A program made the translations under genes and the position numbers. From Psychrobacter cryohalolentis K5 (GTDB lineage: Bacteria > Pseudomonadota > Gammaproteobacteria > Pseudomonadales > Moraxellaceae), in contig NC_007969.1 of NCBI RefSeq assembly GCF_000013905.1, positions 720,001-752,000 of the forward strand: DNA of 32,000 nt. The letters are read 5' to 3'. Shown here piece after piece: positions 21,967-31,074 of the stretch; the stretch's first letter is position 1, and every line of letters begins with the position of its first letter. The notes under the pieces were generated by a model. The model saw nothing but the letters and a program-made list of their open reading frames with translations, searched no databases and was not told where the DNA came from.

Positions 21967-23253
21967 ATGAAAATTTTAATAGTAAGTACTTTTTTTCCTC
22001 CCCAAAACTCTATTGCTTCTTTGCGACCCTATAGTTGGGCTAAATGGTGGTCTCGAATGGGACATGATGTGACGGTTCTAACAACACCTAAGCCGCAAAA
22101 AAGTTCTGATATGCCTATGTCTTATGAGGGGTTTAAAGCACATGAAATACCTGTGCCTTTATTAAGTACCTATAGTTTACGTAAAGCTGAATCCTTAAAG
22201 GCCTTAGTAGGCGATGAGGTTTTAAATGAACCTACAAAAACACCATGGTTCAAACGTTCAGTATTTTTTTTAAGCCAAAAGTATGGAATGTTCTATGGTT
22301 GTAGATTTCCTGACTTTACAGATTTATGGACACCGAACGCTACAAAGTGGGCAATAAATGAGTCTTGGGATTTAGTTGTTTCTACAGGCGGGCCCTATAC
22401 TGTTCATAGGGTAGGCTTAGCTATTAAAAAGAAAAATCCTAATACTAAATGGATAGTTGATTGGAGAGATCTATGGACTGATAACCATCTGTTCCCTGGT
22501 TTCCCAATATTTGAGCATTATGAAAGAAATTTAGAAAACAGGTTCCATAAGTATGCTGATCTTATAACTACTGTTTCTAAGCCACTAGCTAACAAAATTC
22601 AAAGTAAAGTTAGAAGTAAAGTGGAGGTTGTATATAATGGCTATGATTTAGAAGATTTTGAGGCATTGAGTGATAAACCTTACTTTCCAAAAGACGATAT
22701 GATACGTATTGTGTATACTGGGTCAATTTATAAAGGCAAACAGGACCCTTCGCCTCTTTTTAGAGCAATAGCTAATCTTAAGAAATCAATTAGACTTAAC
22801 CCTGACTCTCTAAAAGTTTTTTTTGCTGGAAATAACTCGGATGTTACTTCATTGGCAAGTGAATATGATGTTGAGGAATTCTGTGAATATTTAGGTTTTT
22901 TACCACGGGAAGATGCTCTTAGGGCACAACGCGACGCCAATATTTTACTTTTTTTAGAATTTGAAGCGCCTGGTATAACAGGGGTATTGACGGGTAAGAT
23001 CTTTGAATATCTTGCAACTAAAAAATATATTTTAGGTGTGGGTGCAACTGAAGAAACTAGTACAGGTCAATTGATTGTCAGTTCAGGACATGGTTCAGTT
23101 GTAGGTAAAGATGTTAAATTAATATCCCAAACTATTAAGAATTGGATAGAATATGGGGTTCCAGATATATCTTTATTTGGTAAAGATATAGTTGAAGAGT
23201 TTTCTAGGAAGATTCAGGCAGAGAACGTGCTTGCTTTTCTGGATAAAGCTTAA
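21967..23253 (+). CDS. GT-B (GT4-like) glycosyltransferase
   Basis: 428 aa with N-terminal [12 protein letters not shown]...GHDVTVLT. The C-terminal region has [33 protein letters not shown] (GKxFEYL motif). Confidence 0.8.
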   Translation: MKILIVSTFFPPQNSIASLRPYSWAKWWSRMGHDVTVLTTPKPQKSSDMPMSYEGFKAHEIPVPLLSTYSLRKAESLKALVGDEVLNEPTKTPWFKRSVFFLSQKYGMFYGCRFPDFTDLWTPNATKWAINESWDLVVSTGGPYTVHRVGLAIKKKNPNTKWIVDWRDLWTDNHLFPGFPIFEHYERNLENRFHKYADLITTVSKPLANKIQSKVRSKVEVVYNGYDLEDFEALSDKPYFPKDDMIRIVYTGSIYKGKQDPSPLFRAIANLKKSIRLNPDSLKVFFAGNNSDVTSLASEYDVEEFCEYLGFLPREDALRAQRDANILLFLEFEAPGITGVLTGKIFEYLATKKYILGVGATEETSTGQLIVSSGHGSVVGKDVKLISQTIKNWIEYGVPDISLFGKDIVEEFSRKIQAENVLAFLDKA

Positions 23254-23284
23254 TTCAAAAATAAATAATAAGGCTCAAGTTTAT

Positions 23285-24382
23285 ATGAAATTTCTGATAA
23301 CGGGCGGTGCGGGTTTCATTGGTTCTGCTGTGGTAAGGCATTTGCTACAGCATACACAAAACTCACTTATGAATCTTGATAAACTTACTTATGCAGGTAA
23401 TTTAGAGTCATGTGATCCAGTGAGTGATAATTCACGCTATACATTTGAACAAGTTGATATTTGCAATCCTACTGAATTGGCTAGAGTCTTTGAAAGGTAT
23501 CAGCCGGATGTGGTAATGCACTTAGCTGCAGAAAGCCATGTTGATCGCTCTATCGATGCACCTGATGATTTTATACGAACCAATATTGTTGGTACTTATA
23601 ATATGTTAGAGGCAGCGCGTGCTTACTGGAGTCACTTAAGTTCTGAGCGTAAACAAATCTTTCGTTTTCATCATATAAGCACTGACGAGGTTTATGGTGA
23701 CCTACCTCATCCCGATAAGCTTGAAAACCCTAATTCAGTAGGTGAATACCTATTTACTGAAACAACCTCTTATGCGCCTAGTTCTCCTTACTCTGCTAGT
23801 AAAGCAAGCTCTGATCATCTAGTGCGTGCTTGGTATAGAACTTATGGTCTACCTGTAGTTATAACAAACTGTTCTAATAATTATGGACCTTATCATTTTC
23901 CTGAAAAATTAGTTCCGCATATTATTTTAAACGCATTGGCTGGTAAGTCTTTACCGGTCTATGGTGACGGCAGCCAGATCCGTGATTGGCTATATGTAGA
24001 AGATCATGCCCGCGCTTTAATTAAAGTAGCAACTGAAGGCGTGGTTGGTGAGACTTATAACATCGGCGGTCATAATGAAAAACGCAATATTGATGTAGTA
24101 CTTATACTATGTGCGTTGCTTGAGGAGATGGCTTCTGATCAGAAGCCCGCGGGTATAGCTAAGTACGAAGATTTAATTGTATTCGTCAAAGATCGTGCAG
24201 GTCATGATGTTCGTTACGCTATAGATGCTAGTAAAATCGAACGTGAATTAGACTGGGTTCCAGAAGAAAGCTTTGAAACCGGTATGCGTAAAACAGTGCA
24301 ATGGTATTTAGATAATAAAAATTGGTGGCAGCGTGTGCTAAATGGAAGTTACCGCTTAGAACGATTGGGAGAGTATAAATGA
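23285..24382 (+). CDS. rmlB: dTDP-glucose 4,6-dehydratase
   Basis: The track ORF begins at 23192 and would overlap the upstream GT. The conserved protein starts at ATG 23285 ([14 protein letters not shown]). It has [20 protein letters not shown] and [15 protein letters not shown]. Confidence 0.95.
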   Translation: MKFLITGGAGFIGSAVVRHLLQHTQNSLMNLDKLTYAGNLESCDPVSDNSRYTFEQVDICNPTELARVFERYQPDVVMHLAAESHVDRSIDAPDDFIRTNIVGTYNMLEAARAYWSHLSSERKQIFRFHHISTDEVYGDLPHPDKLENPNSVGEYLFTETTSYAPSSPYSASKASSDHLVRAWYRTYGLPVVITNCSNNYGPYHFPEKLVPHIILNALAGKSLPVYGDGSQIRDWLYVEDHARALIKVATEGVVGETYNIGGHNEKRNIDVVLILCALLEEMASDQKPAGIAKYEDLIVFVKDRAGHDVRYAIDASKIERELDWVPEESFETGMRKTVQWYLDNKNWWQRVLNGSYRLERLGEYK

Positions 24383-25251
24383 AAGGTATTATTTTAGCTG
24401 GCGGTTCAGGTACACGCCTACATCCTATTACTCGTGGTGTGTCTAAGCAGTTACTACCAATTTATGATAAGCCGATGATTTATTATCCCTTATCAGTACT
24501 GATGCTCGCTGGTATTCGTGAGGTTTTGATTATTTCTACACCAGAAGATTTACCTAGCTTCCAAAAATTACTTGGAACGGGTGAAAGCTTCGGTATTGAG
24601 TTAAGTTATGCCGAACAGCCTTCTCCAGACGGTTTAGCACAAGCATTTATTATTGGCGAAGAATTTATTGGTCAAGACAATGTGTGTTTAGTTTTGGGTG
24701 ACAATATTTTTTATGGCCATGGCTTTAGTGGTATGTTACAAGAAGTCGCTAAGCGCCCGATAGGTGCTACTGTATTTGGCTATCATGTAATTGACCCAGA
24801 ACGTTTTGGTGTCGTTGATTTCGATAGCGATGGCAAAGCGCTATCAATTGAAGAGAAGCCTCAAAAACCTAAATCGAGCTATGCTGTTACTGGTTTATAT
24901 TTTTATGATAACGATGTTGTTGAGATTGCAAAGCAGGTTAAGCCATCGCACCGTGGTGAGTTAGAAATCACAGATATAAACAATGCTTACCTAGAGCGTG
25001 GTGATTTACATGTCAGTTTGTTAGGCCGCGGTTTCGCTTGGTTAGATACAGGTACTCACGATTCCTTAATGGAGGCAGGGCACTTCGTACAAACCATCGA
25101 AGCGCGTCAAGGCTTAAAAGTGGCTTGCTTAGAGGAAATTGCATATCGTCAAGGCTGGTTAACGGCTGAACAGCTTAGATTACAAGCTACTGACCTAAGT
25201 AAGACAGGCTACGGACAGTATTTGCTGAATCTGTTAGAGCAGGAGAATTGA
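24379..25251 (+). CDS. rmlA: Glucose-1-phosphate thymidylyltransferase
   Basis: 290 aa with [37 protein letters not shown]. Its start overlaps the rmlB stop (ATGA). Confidence 0.96.
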   Translation: MKGIILAGGSGTRLHPITRGVSKQLLPIYDKPMIYYPLSVLMLAGIREVLIISTPEDLPSFQKLLGTGESFGIELSYAEQPSPDGLAQAFIIGEEFIGQDNVCLVLGDNIFYGHGFSGMLQEVAKRPIGATVFGYHVIDPERFGVVDFDSDGKALSIEEKPQKPKSSYAVTGLYFYDNDVVEIAKQVKPSHRGELEITDINNAYLERGDLHVSLLGRGFAWLDTGTHDSLMEAGHFVQTIEARQGLKVACLEEIAYRQGWLTAEQLRLQATDLSKTGYGQYLLNLLEQEN

Positions 25252-25253
25252 TC

Positions 25254-25787
25254 ATGCAAGTGATTAAAACTAAGTTAGCTGGCGTATTAATTATCGAACC
25301 AAAGATTTTTGGTGATTACCGTGGTTTTTTTAAAGAAACCTTCAATGCTGAGCGTTATAAAGAACTTGCAGGTATTGATTTAACATTTGTACAAGACAAT
25401 CACTCGCGCTCAGGTAAGGGCGTATTACGCGGTTTGCACTTTCAGAAAACTAAGCCGCAAGGTAAGTTAGTTAGTGTCACGCTTGGCGCTGTTTATGATG
25501 TTGCTGCTGATATAAATCCAGAATCATCCACATATGGAGAGTACGTGGGTGTTGAGCTGAGCGAAGATAATCATCGTCAGCTCTGGGTACCGCCCGGTTA
25601 TGCACATGGCTTTTTAGTTATGAGTGATGAAGTAGATTTTGTATATAAGTGTACTGATTACTACGATCCTACTGATGAAGGCGGTATAGCGTGGAATTGC
25701 CCCTTGCTCAATATTGATTGGCCGATTAGTGATGTAAAGCTGTCAGATAAAGATAAAGCCTATGCGGGGTTGGAAGCTCATGTTTAG
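25254..25787 (+). CDS. rmlC: dTDP-4-dehydrorhamnose 3,5-epimerase
   Basis: The track start at 25248 is a TTG. ATG 25254 has an AGGAG RBS at 25241-25245. The cupin motifs are FGDYRGFF.E.F, RGLHFQ and PPGYAHGF. Confidence 0.93.
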   Translation: MQVIKTKLAGVLIIEPKIFGDYRGFFKETFNAERYKELAGIDLTFVQDNHSRSGKGVLRGLHFQKTKPQGKLVSVTLGAVYDVAADINPESSTYGEYVGVELSEDNHRQLWVPPGYAHGFLVMSDEVDFVYKCTDYYDPTDEGGIAWNCPLLNIDWPISDVKLSDKDKAYAGLEAHV

Positions 25788-26643
25788 AGTCCTAGTGACC
25801 GGTGCTAAAGGGCAGGTTGGCAGCGAGTTGGTTAATTTGGTGCCTGCAGGCTTTACTGTGATTGGGCTGAGTTCTGCTCAATTGGATATTACTGATCAAG
25901 ATCAAGTAAATGTAGCAGTTGCTCTGCACCAGCCTAATCTAATCATTAACGCCGCAGCTTATACCGCAGTTGATAAAGCTGAGAGTGATTCAGATAACGC
26001 ATATGCTATTAATGAAAAGGCTGTAGCTTGGTTAGCTCAAGCTGCTGCGCATGCCGATATTCCATTGTTTCATATTTCAACCGATTATGTCTTTGATGGC
26101 GAGTCTACAACGCCATACAAAGAAACTGACTCGATTAACCCGCAAAGTGTTTACGGTGCGAGCAAGCTTGCTGGTGAGCAAATGTTAGCCGCGACTCATA
26201 ATAAGCATATTATTTTGCGTACCAGTTGGGTGTTTAGTGCGCGAGGCAATAACTTTGTAAAAACTATGCTGCGTTTAGCTAAAGAGCGGGATGAATTATC
26301 AATAGTTGGTGATCAGCACGGCTGCCCTACTAGTGCGACTAGTATTGCAGATATCTTGTGGAAACTAGCTGAGCTATATCAACAAACTGATAGTCTGCCT
26401 TGGGGTATTTATAATTTTAGTAATTCCTCCGCTTGCAGTTGGTATGAATTTGCTGTTGAAATTTTTAAGCAAGCAAGAGAGAGTGGTTTTATACCGCAAA
26501 CACCTACTATCAAAAAAATCACTACTGCTGACTACCCTACGCCTGCTGTAAGGCCAGCTTTTTCAGTCTTGGACTGTAGTAAACTAGAAAAATTATTAGG
26601 ACAAAAGATTCCAGAATGGAAGTCAGAGTTGAGTACTATATGA
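25780..26643 (+). CDS. rmlD: dTDP-4-dehydrorhamnose reductase
   Basis: The conserved start MFRVLVTGAKGQVG is at ATG 25780, overlapping the rmlC stop by 8 nt (the track start is 25762). It has INAAAYTAVDKAE, STDYVFDG and YGASKLAGE. Confidence 0.93.
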   Translation: MFRVLVTGAKGQVGSELVNLVPAGFTVIGLSSAQLDITDQDQVNVAVALHQPNLIINAAAYTAVDKAESDSDNAYAINEKAVAWLAQAAAHADIPLFHISTDYVFDGESTTPYKETDSINPQSVYGASKLAGEQMLAATHNKHIILRTSWVFSARGNNFVKTMLRLAKERDELSIVGDQHGCPTSATSIADILWKLAELYQQTDSLPWGIYNFSNSSACSWYEFAVEIFKQARESGFIPQTPTIKKITTADYPTPAVRPAFSVLDCSKLEKLLGQKIPEWKSELSTI

Positions 26644-27560
26644 TAGATATTGTAATTGTAAATTGGAATAGTGGCATTCAGTTAAAGCAATGTATTGATT
26701 CTATTCTTGCCCATAGTATAAATAAGATTTCACGTATTATTATTGTAGATAACGGTTCAATTGATTGCTCTGCCGATTCCGTTGAGGATCTTTCGAAAGT
26801 AGAACTTATTCGTGCTGGAGAAAACTTGGGATTCGGTGCTGCTTGTAATATTGGGGCTAAAGCTGGAGATGCACCTTATATTCTTTTTCTTAACCCTGAT
26901 ACAAGAATTGAATCCAATTCTCTATCTGTACCTTTAGTTTTTATGGAACAAGCTTACAACTCAAAAGTTGGAATTTGTGGTATTCAGCTTGTAGATGAGC
27001 AAGGTGTTGTTAGTCGTAGCTGTGCTTATTCTCCTACTTTTAAACGTTTGTTTTTTTCTGCAATTGGTCTTGATAAATTTTCCAAGTTTAAAAGTACAGG
27101 AATAGCGATGTCTACATGGAATCACTTAAACACTCAGCAGGTTGATCAAGTAATCGGGGCATTTTACTTTATACGTAGAAATGTATTTGAGTCATGTAAA
27201 GGTTTTGATGAACAGTTTTTTGTATATTTTGAAGAAGTTGATGTGGCTAAACGCATTAAAGATTTAGGTTGGACTAGTTGGTATCTTACAGAAGCAAAAG
27301 CTTTTCATGCAGGAGGCGGAACTTCTCAACAAGTAAAAGCCCATCGTCTATTCTACATATTACGTAGCCGTTTGTTATATGCCTTTAAGCATTTTCCACG
27401 TTGGCAAGCTTCACTATTATTGATAGTGGTCTTTCTAGTTGAGCCTTTTACAAGAACTATTTGGTGCCTTATACGGCGTGATATTACTGGTATAAAACAT
27501 ACTTGGTCAGCTTTTCGCATGCTAGGTGGTTCAGTGGGTAATATTTTGCGTAATAACTAG
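26640..27560 (+). CDS. GT2-family (GT-A) glycosyltransferase, rhamnosyltransferase-like
   Basis: The likely start ATG 26640 (MIDIVIVNWNSG) overlaps the rmlD stop (ATGA); the track start is 26616. It has IIVDNGSID, LGFGAACNIG and LNPDT (DxD-like). Confidence 0.8.
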   Translation: MIDIVIVNWNSGIQLKQCIDSILAHSINKISRIIIVDNGSIDCSADSVEDLSKVELIRAGENLGFGAACNIGAKAGDAPYILFLNPDTRIESNSLSVPLVFMEQAYNSKVGICGIQLVDEQGVVSRSCAYSPTFKRLFFSAIGLDKFSKFKSTGIAMSTWNHLNTQQVDQVIGAFYFIRRNVFESCKGFDEQFFVYFEEVDVAKRIKDLGWTSWYLTEAKAFHAGGGTSQQVKAHRLFYILRSRLLYAFKHFPRWQASLLLIVVFLVEPFTRTIWCLIRRDITGIKHTWSAFRMLGGSVGNILRNN

Positions 27561-27571
27561 AGGCCTAACCT

Positions 27572-28642
27572 ATGAAAGTTCTTCTTTTGTCAAGATACGG
27601 CACGCTTGGTGCTAGTTCTAGAGTTCGATTTTTGCAGTATATACCTTATTTTAACGAAAAGGACGTTGATATAAGTATTAGCCCGCTTCTATCTGATAAA
27701 TATTTACTTGCACTATATGAGGGGAATTCTCGTTGGGGTGAAATAATCAAAGGTTACTTCAGTAGGGTTGTCACACTATTTAATGTTCGTAGTTATGATT
27801 TAGTAATTATTGAAAAAGAAGTATTTCCATTTATACCTGCAATTGTAGAACGCTTATTTCATTTTTTAGGCGTGCGTTACATTGTTGATTACGATGATGC
27901 AATTTTTCATAATTATGATTGTCATTCATATCGTTGGGTTAGGATATTATTGGGCAAGAAAATTGATTCTGTTATGCGTTATGCATCCATAGTGACTGTT
28001 GGTAATAAATATATCGCAGAACGTGCTAAACTTGCTGGCGCTAAAAATGTTGAACTTATTCCTACAGTAGTGGATACAAAGCGTTATCGTATACATAGGG
28101 ACATTGATATAAATACACCTATTGTAGGCTGGATAGGTACACCACAAACTAGTCAATACCTGCAGCCTCTTTTGCCGATTTTTGCAGCAATTAAAAACAA
28201 TGTAAATGTACGTTTTGTTGCGGTAGGTGGAAGACCTGAAGACTTTGAAGGTACTGCTATAGAAACCTGGTCATGGTCAGAAGAGAGTGAGGTTTCATCT
28301 ATACAGCAGTTTAGTATCGGTATCATGCCGTTGAAAGACTCGCCTTGGGAAAGAGGTAAATGTGGTTATAAATTAATCCAATACATGGCTTGTGGTGTCG
28401 CTGTTGTAGCCTCTCCAGTAGGTGTGAATTGTGATATTGTAGATTCAGATAAAACGGGGAAGCTGGCTTCTTCACTTGAAGAATGGGATCAGGCTTTAAG
28501 AGATCTACTAGAAGTTAACTCTAAATTTATTAGCAAAATGGGTGATGCTGGTCGACTAAAGGTTGACAAGTGGTACTCATTAGAAGTGCAAGCTCCTAGG
28601 TTTTTAGCACAAATTATTAAAGCTAATACTTATAATAAATAA
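27572..28642 (+). CDS. GT-B (GT1/GT4-like) glycosyltransferase
   Basis: 356 aa. The C-terminal half IVGWIGTPQTSQYL...RFVAVGG...GIMPL.DSPWERGKCGYKLIQYMACGVAVVASPVGVN shows the GT-B nucleotide-sugar binding pattern. Confidence 0.75.
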   Translation: MKVLLLSRYGTLGASSRVRFLQYIPYFNEKDVDISISPLLSDKYLLALYEGNSRWGEIIKGYFSRVVTLFNVRSYDLVIIEKEVFPFIPAIVERLFHFLGVRYIVDYDDAIFHNYDCHSYRWVRILLGKKIDSVMRYASIVTVGNKYIAERAKLAGAKNVELIPTVVDTKRYRIHRDIDINTPIVGWIGTPQTSQYLQPLLPIFAAIKNNVNVRFVAVGGRPEDFEGTAIETWSWSEESEVSSIQQFSIGIMPLKDSPWERGKCGYKLIQYMACGVAVVASPVGVNCDIVDSDKTGKLASSLEEWDQALRDLLEVNSKFISKMGDAGRLKVDKWYSLEVQAPRFLAQIIKANTYNK

Positions 28643-28781
28643 GTTGTTTTATGAGTTTGTTACGTAAGTTTTTTACTTCTTAGATTAACACATGAAGTGC
28701 AATACCAAATGCGAGGTAAAAAAAAGACCTAGATGCGCTAGCATCAAAGTTTCTATCCACCGCCAAAGTGAGATTGCAACC

Positions 28782-28825
28782 ATGAACTATACACATCTAA
28801 GCTTAGGTGAACGATATCAGCAGTA
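28782..28825 (+). pseudogene. 5' stub (about 14.7 codons) of an IS30-family transposase gene, cut off by the IS3-family element
   Basis: Hand translation from ATG 28782 gives MNYTHLSLGERYQQ. This matches the characteristic M-x-YTHL(T/S)xxERYQI N-terminus of IS30-family transposases as I remember it. The reading frame stops making sense at the IS3 left end (28826). Confidence 0.5.
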
Positions 28826-28890
28826 TGAGCTATGCTGAAGAAACCGTACAACTAAACTTGGTAAACTAACGACTCAAAGAGGAGTTTACC

Positions 28891-29187
28891 ATGGTCAAGA
28901 AAGTAAGAACCTACAGCTATGAATTTAAAGCCGAAGTTATTAAGAAGATAGCAGACAATAAGGGTAATATTTCAGCGACTGCAAAGCAGCTTGGCATAGC
29001 CATGCAAACGCTATCTAACTGGCAGAACAAAGCCACTCAAGGCAAGCTTGCAGGGACTGAGCAATATGACCCACAGCTAATTGCCGTGCTAGAAGAGAAT
29101 AAGCGCCTCAAGCGACAGCTGAAAGTCGCTGAGGAGGAGCGCGAAATTCTAAAAAAGGCGACGGCGTACTTCGCCAAACACAGCTAG
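28891..29187 (+). CDS. IS3-family transposase OrfA (HTH plus leucine zipper)
   Basis: 98 aa, with the HTH ISATAKQLGIAMQTLSNW. The coiled C-terminus ends ILKKATAYFAK, typical of IS3 OrfA. Confidence 0.9.
   Translation: MVKKVRTYSYEFKAEVIKKIADNKGNISATAKQLGIAMQTLSNWQNKATQGKLAGTEQYDPQLIAVLEENKRLKRQLKVAEEEREILKKATAYFAKHS
29151..29157 (+). other. A_AAA_AAG programmed -1 ribosomal frameshift site joining orfA to orfB
   Basis: aaaaaag is phased as A AAA AAG in the orfA frame (cta-aaa-aag = L K K). The -1 frame is open from here (KKGDGVLRQTQLVKYAFVKDNQPIFSITTM...) into the orfB track ORF. Confidence 0.8.
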
Positions 29188-29237
29188 TAAAGTACGCCTT
29201 TGTTAAAGACAACCAGCCAATCTTTAGCATCACCACT

Positions 29238-30056
29238 ATGTGCCGTGTATTGAGCGTTAAGCCATCAAGCTATTACGATTGGATAAATCGTGATATTAGC
29301 AGCCAGCAGATACATCGTAACCAGTCTGAGCTGCTAATCAAAGCGGCACACAGTGAAACAAAGGAGCGCTACGGCTTTGAGCGTCTGCATGCGCATCTAA
29401 ATGAGCAAGGATATGATATCAGCCCATACATGGTCAGAAATATTAAAGAGGAGCATGGCATCAAATGCCGTCGCCACAAGCGCTTTAAGGTCACCACTGA
29501 CTCTAATCATAATAAGCTCATCTATGACAACGTGCTCGATCAGCAGTTTGACGTCAACCGCCCTAACGAAGCCTGGGTCAGTGATATCACCTATATCTGG
29601 ACAACCGAGGGCTGGCTGTACTTAGCAGGCGTTAAAGACTTGTATACCAAAGAGCTGGTTGGCTATGCCATCAACAAACGTATGACCGCTGACTTAGTTT
29701 GCAAAGCATTGAACATGGCAATTAAGAATAAGAGACCAAGCAAGGGACTAATTGTTCACTCTGACAGAGGCGGTCAGTACTGTAGCCATGCGTATCATAA
29801 AATTATTAAACAGCATCAGTTTAAAGGCTCCATGAGTGGTAAAGGTAATTGTTATGACAACGCACCCATAGAGAGCTTCTGGGGTGTATTAAAGAATGAG
29901 CTGGTATATCATCAGGACTATAAGACTAGATTTGCCGCTATTACCGATATCATTAGATATATCGAGTTGTACTACAACCAAACGAGAATTCAAAAGGGTT
30001 TAGGCTATAAATCGCCAAGACAGGTGTGGTTTGACTATTATCGTCAAGCTGCATAA
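29238..30056 (+). CDS. IS3-family transposase OrfB (DDE/RNase-H fold), expressed as an OrfAB fusion by the -1 frameshift
   Basis: The track ORF is 272 aa, and the frame is open upstream back to the slippery site. The DDE residue contexts are WVSDITYIWT, VHSDRGGQY and NAPIESFWGVLKNE. Confidence 0.9.
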   Translation: MCRVLSVKPSSYYDWINRDISSQQIHRNQSELLIKAAHSETKERYGFERLHAHLNEQGYDISPYMVRNIKEEHGIKCRRHKRFKVTTDSNHNKLIYDNVLDQQFDVNRPNEAWVSDITYIWTTEGWLYLAGVKDLYTKELVGYAINKRMTADLVCKALNMAIKNKRPSKGLIVHSDRGGQYCSHAYHKIIKQHQFKGSMSGKGNCYDNAPIESFWGVLKNELVYHQDYKTRFAAITDIIRYIELYYNQTRIQKGLGYKSPRQVWFDYYRQAA

Positions 30057-30101
30057 TTAAATCTCCCAAGTCTAACTGTACGGATTTGACGGCAGGGGTC
30101 A

Positions 30102-30170
30102 CGTCTCTTCCAGTTTTGTATGGTGGTTGAACTGAGATTGTAAAACTCAGCTGCCTCGGCAAAGGTCATA
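30102..30170 (-). pseudogene. Internal fragment (about codons 19-42) of a second, diverged IS630-family transposase gene (copy B)
   Basis: The reverse-strand translation is (G)MTFAEAAEFYNLSSTTIQNWKRR, which aligns with GMSIRQACAFYDISKATLQNWLKD of the intact copy. It is bounded by the IS3 right end (30101) and by the left end of IS630 copy A. Confidence 0.7.
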
Positions 30171-30230
30171 TAGTAGAGCCTTTATAAAAGTGGTACAGTG
30201 ATTTTAAAGTAAGCGAAAAGTAAAAAGATT

Positions 30231-30572
30231 ATGACTTATTCAGCAGACTTTCGAGCACAAGTGCTTAAAAGTGTCAAACAACAAGGTATGAGTATCAGAC
30301 AAGCTTGTGCATTCTATGACATTAGTAAGGCCACGCTACAGAATTGGCTCAAAGATCCTAGTATCAAACTCACTCGCAATAAACCACCCAGTAAAATACC
30401 TGACGAAGCGTTATTAAAAGATGTTGAACAGTATCCAGACGATTACATGTATGAGAGAGCACAGCGTTTTGGCTGTAGTAAGTCGGGCATCGAGGCCGCT
30501 TTAAAACGTCTTGGCATCAGCCAAAAAAAAGACCTTAGCGCATCCAAAAGCTTGCCCATTAAAAAGAGCTAA
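30231..30572 (+). CDS. IS630-family transposase, N-terminal HTH part (upstream of the A8 frameshift point)
   Basis: 113 aa, with the HTH MSIRQACAFYDISKATLQNW. It ends shortly after the A8 run at 30523-30530. Confidence 0.8.
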   Translation: MTYSADFRAQVLKSVKQQGMSIRQACAFYDISKATLQNWLKDPSIKLTRNKPPSKIPDEALLKDVEQYPDDYMYERAQRFGCSKSGIEAALKRLGISQKKDLSASKSLPIKKS

Positions 30573-31071
30573 GTATCTAAGCAAACTTAACGACTACATC
30601 GCTCAAGGCTTTACTATTGTATACATGGATGAGAGTGGCTTTGAGGCCGAGACCATTCGCTCTCATGGTTATGCACCTATTGGAGCCCCTTGCATCGATA
30701 GCTATAATTGGCAAGGTAAAAAACGAACCAACGTCATTGGTGCTTTGTATGAAAAGATGCTGTTTGCCCTGGATTACTTTGAGAGAAATATCAATGGCGA
30801 CATATTCTACCACTGGTGCAAAAACACGCTAATACCATGCATCAAAACGAAATGCGTAATCGTCATGGATAACGCCAGCTTTCATAAACGCGTTCAGAGA
30901 TTACTCAACAGGCATGGTCATCGCTTGTTATTTCTACCGCCTTACAGCCCTGATTTAAACCCTATTGAGAAAAAATGGGCACAGGCTAAGTTTCTACGAC
31001 AAGGGTGGATAGAGAATAATCTACCTAAACTGTTCCATAATATGGGTTGTACTAATTTTATTGTGGATTGA
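30511..31071 (+). CDS. IS630-family transposase, DDE catalytic part (+1 frame relative to the N-terminal part)
   Basis: 186 aa. The motifs KKKTL, IVYMDESGF, VIVMDNASFHK and LPPYSPDLNPIEKKW form a DD(35)E/D-type triad. The frames overlap across the A8 run. Confidence 0.85.
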   Translation: MASAKKKTLAHPKACPLKRAKYLSKLNDYIAQGFTIVYMDESGFEAETIRSHGYAPIGAPCIDSYNWQGKKRTNVIGALYEKMLFALDYFERNINGDIFYHWCKNTLIPCIKTKCVIVMDNASFHKRVQRLLNRHGHRLLFLPPYSPDLNPIEKKWAQAKFLRQGWIENNLPKLFHNMGCTNFIVD

Positions 31072-31074
31072 CTA

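Larger units (their letters stand above)
28826..30101 (+). mobile_element. IS3-family insertion sequence, apparently complete (about 1276 bp; boundaries accurate to a few bp)
   Basis: The left end tgagctatgctgaagaaaccgtacaactaaacttgg (28826-28861) matches the reverse complement of 30066-30101, tgacccctgccgtcaaatccgtacagttagacttgg. That is 25/36 identical, ungapped, with both ends TGA...TCA. The element has orfA and orfB in the -1 frame with an A6G slippery site. No flanking direct repeat was found. Confidence 0.75.
30171..31074 (+). mobile_element. IS630-family (Tc1/mariner-like) insertion sequence, copy A, flanked by a duplicated TA
   Basis: The terminal repeat tatagtagagcctttataaaagtggtaca (30169-30197) matches the reverse complement of 31048-31076, tatagtcaatccacaataaaattagtaca (21/29 identical). 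TA is present at 30169-30170 and 31075-31076. Removing the element plus one TA restores an open reading frame in the host sequence. Confidence 0.8.

Noticed and set aside
23192-23284. A 31-codon N-terminal extension of rmlB in the track ORF, overlapping the upstream glycosyltransferase by 62 nt.
   Set aside because: The conserved RmlB N-terminus [14 protein letters not shown] begins at ATG 23285. The extension ([19 protein letters not shown]...) has no counterpart in RmlB proteins.
28651-28683. A mini-ORF, atgagtttgttacgtaagttttttacttcttag (MSLLRKFFTS*), 8 nt after the last glycosyltransferase. It might be the stub of a locus gene destroyed by IS insertion.
   Set aside because: It is only 10 codons, has no purine-rich RBS and cannot be shown to be homologous to anything. 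It is indistinguishable from chance.
30066-30104. Reading IS630 copy B on the minus strand into the IS3 right end continues as ...KRRDPCRQIRT, which loosely echoes KDPSIKLTR of copy A. That raised the possibility that the IS3 boundary is misplaced.
   Set aside because: Only the D-P dipeptide is identical. The 36-nt ungapped match between the two proposed IS3 ends, both beginning TGA, is the stronger signal. I state the boundary uncertainty of a few bp instead.
28823-30105. Looked for a 3-4 bp target-site duplication flanking the IS3-family element.
   Set aside because: The flanks are agta and cgtc, with no match even when the boundaries are shifted by 1-2 nt. I report this as evidence of rearrangement rather than inventing a TSD.
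28769-30143. A shared 11-mer, tgagattg(c/t)aa, at 28769-28779 (upstream of the IS30-type stub) and 30133-30143 (inside the IS630 copy-B fragment). I considered it as a possible direct repeat bracketing the IS3 element.
   Set aside because: Only 10/11 positions match. The copies lie at different distances (47 and 32 nt) from the IS3 ends, and each sits inside a different IS remnant. This is most likely coincidence.
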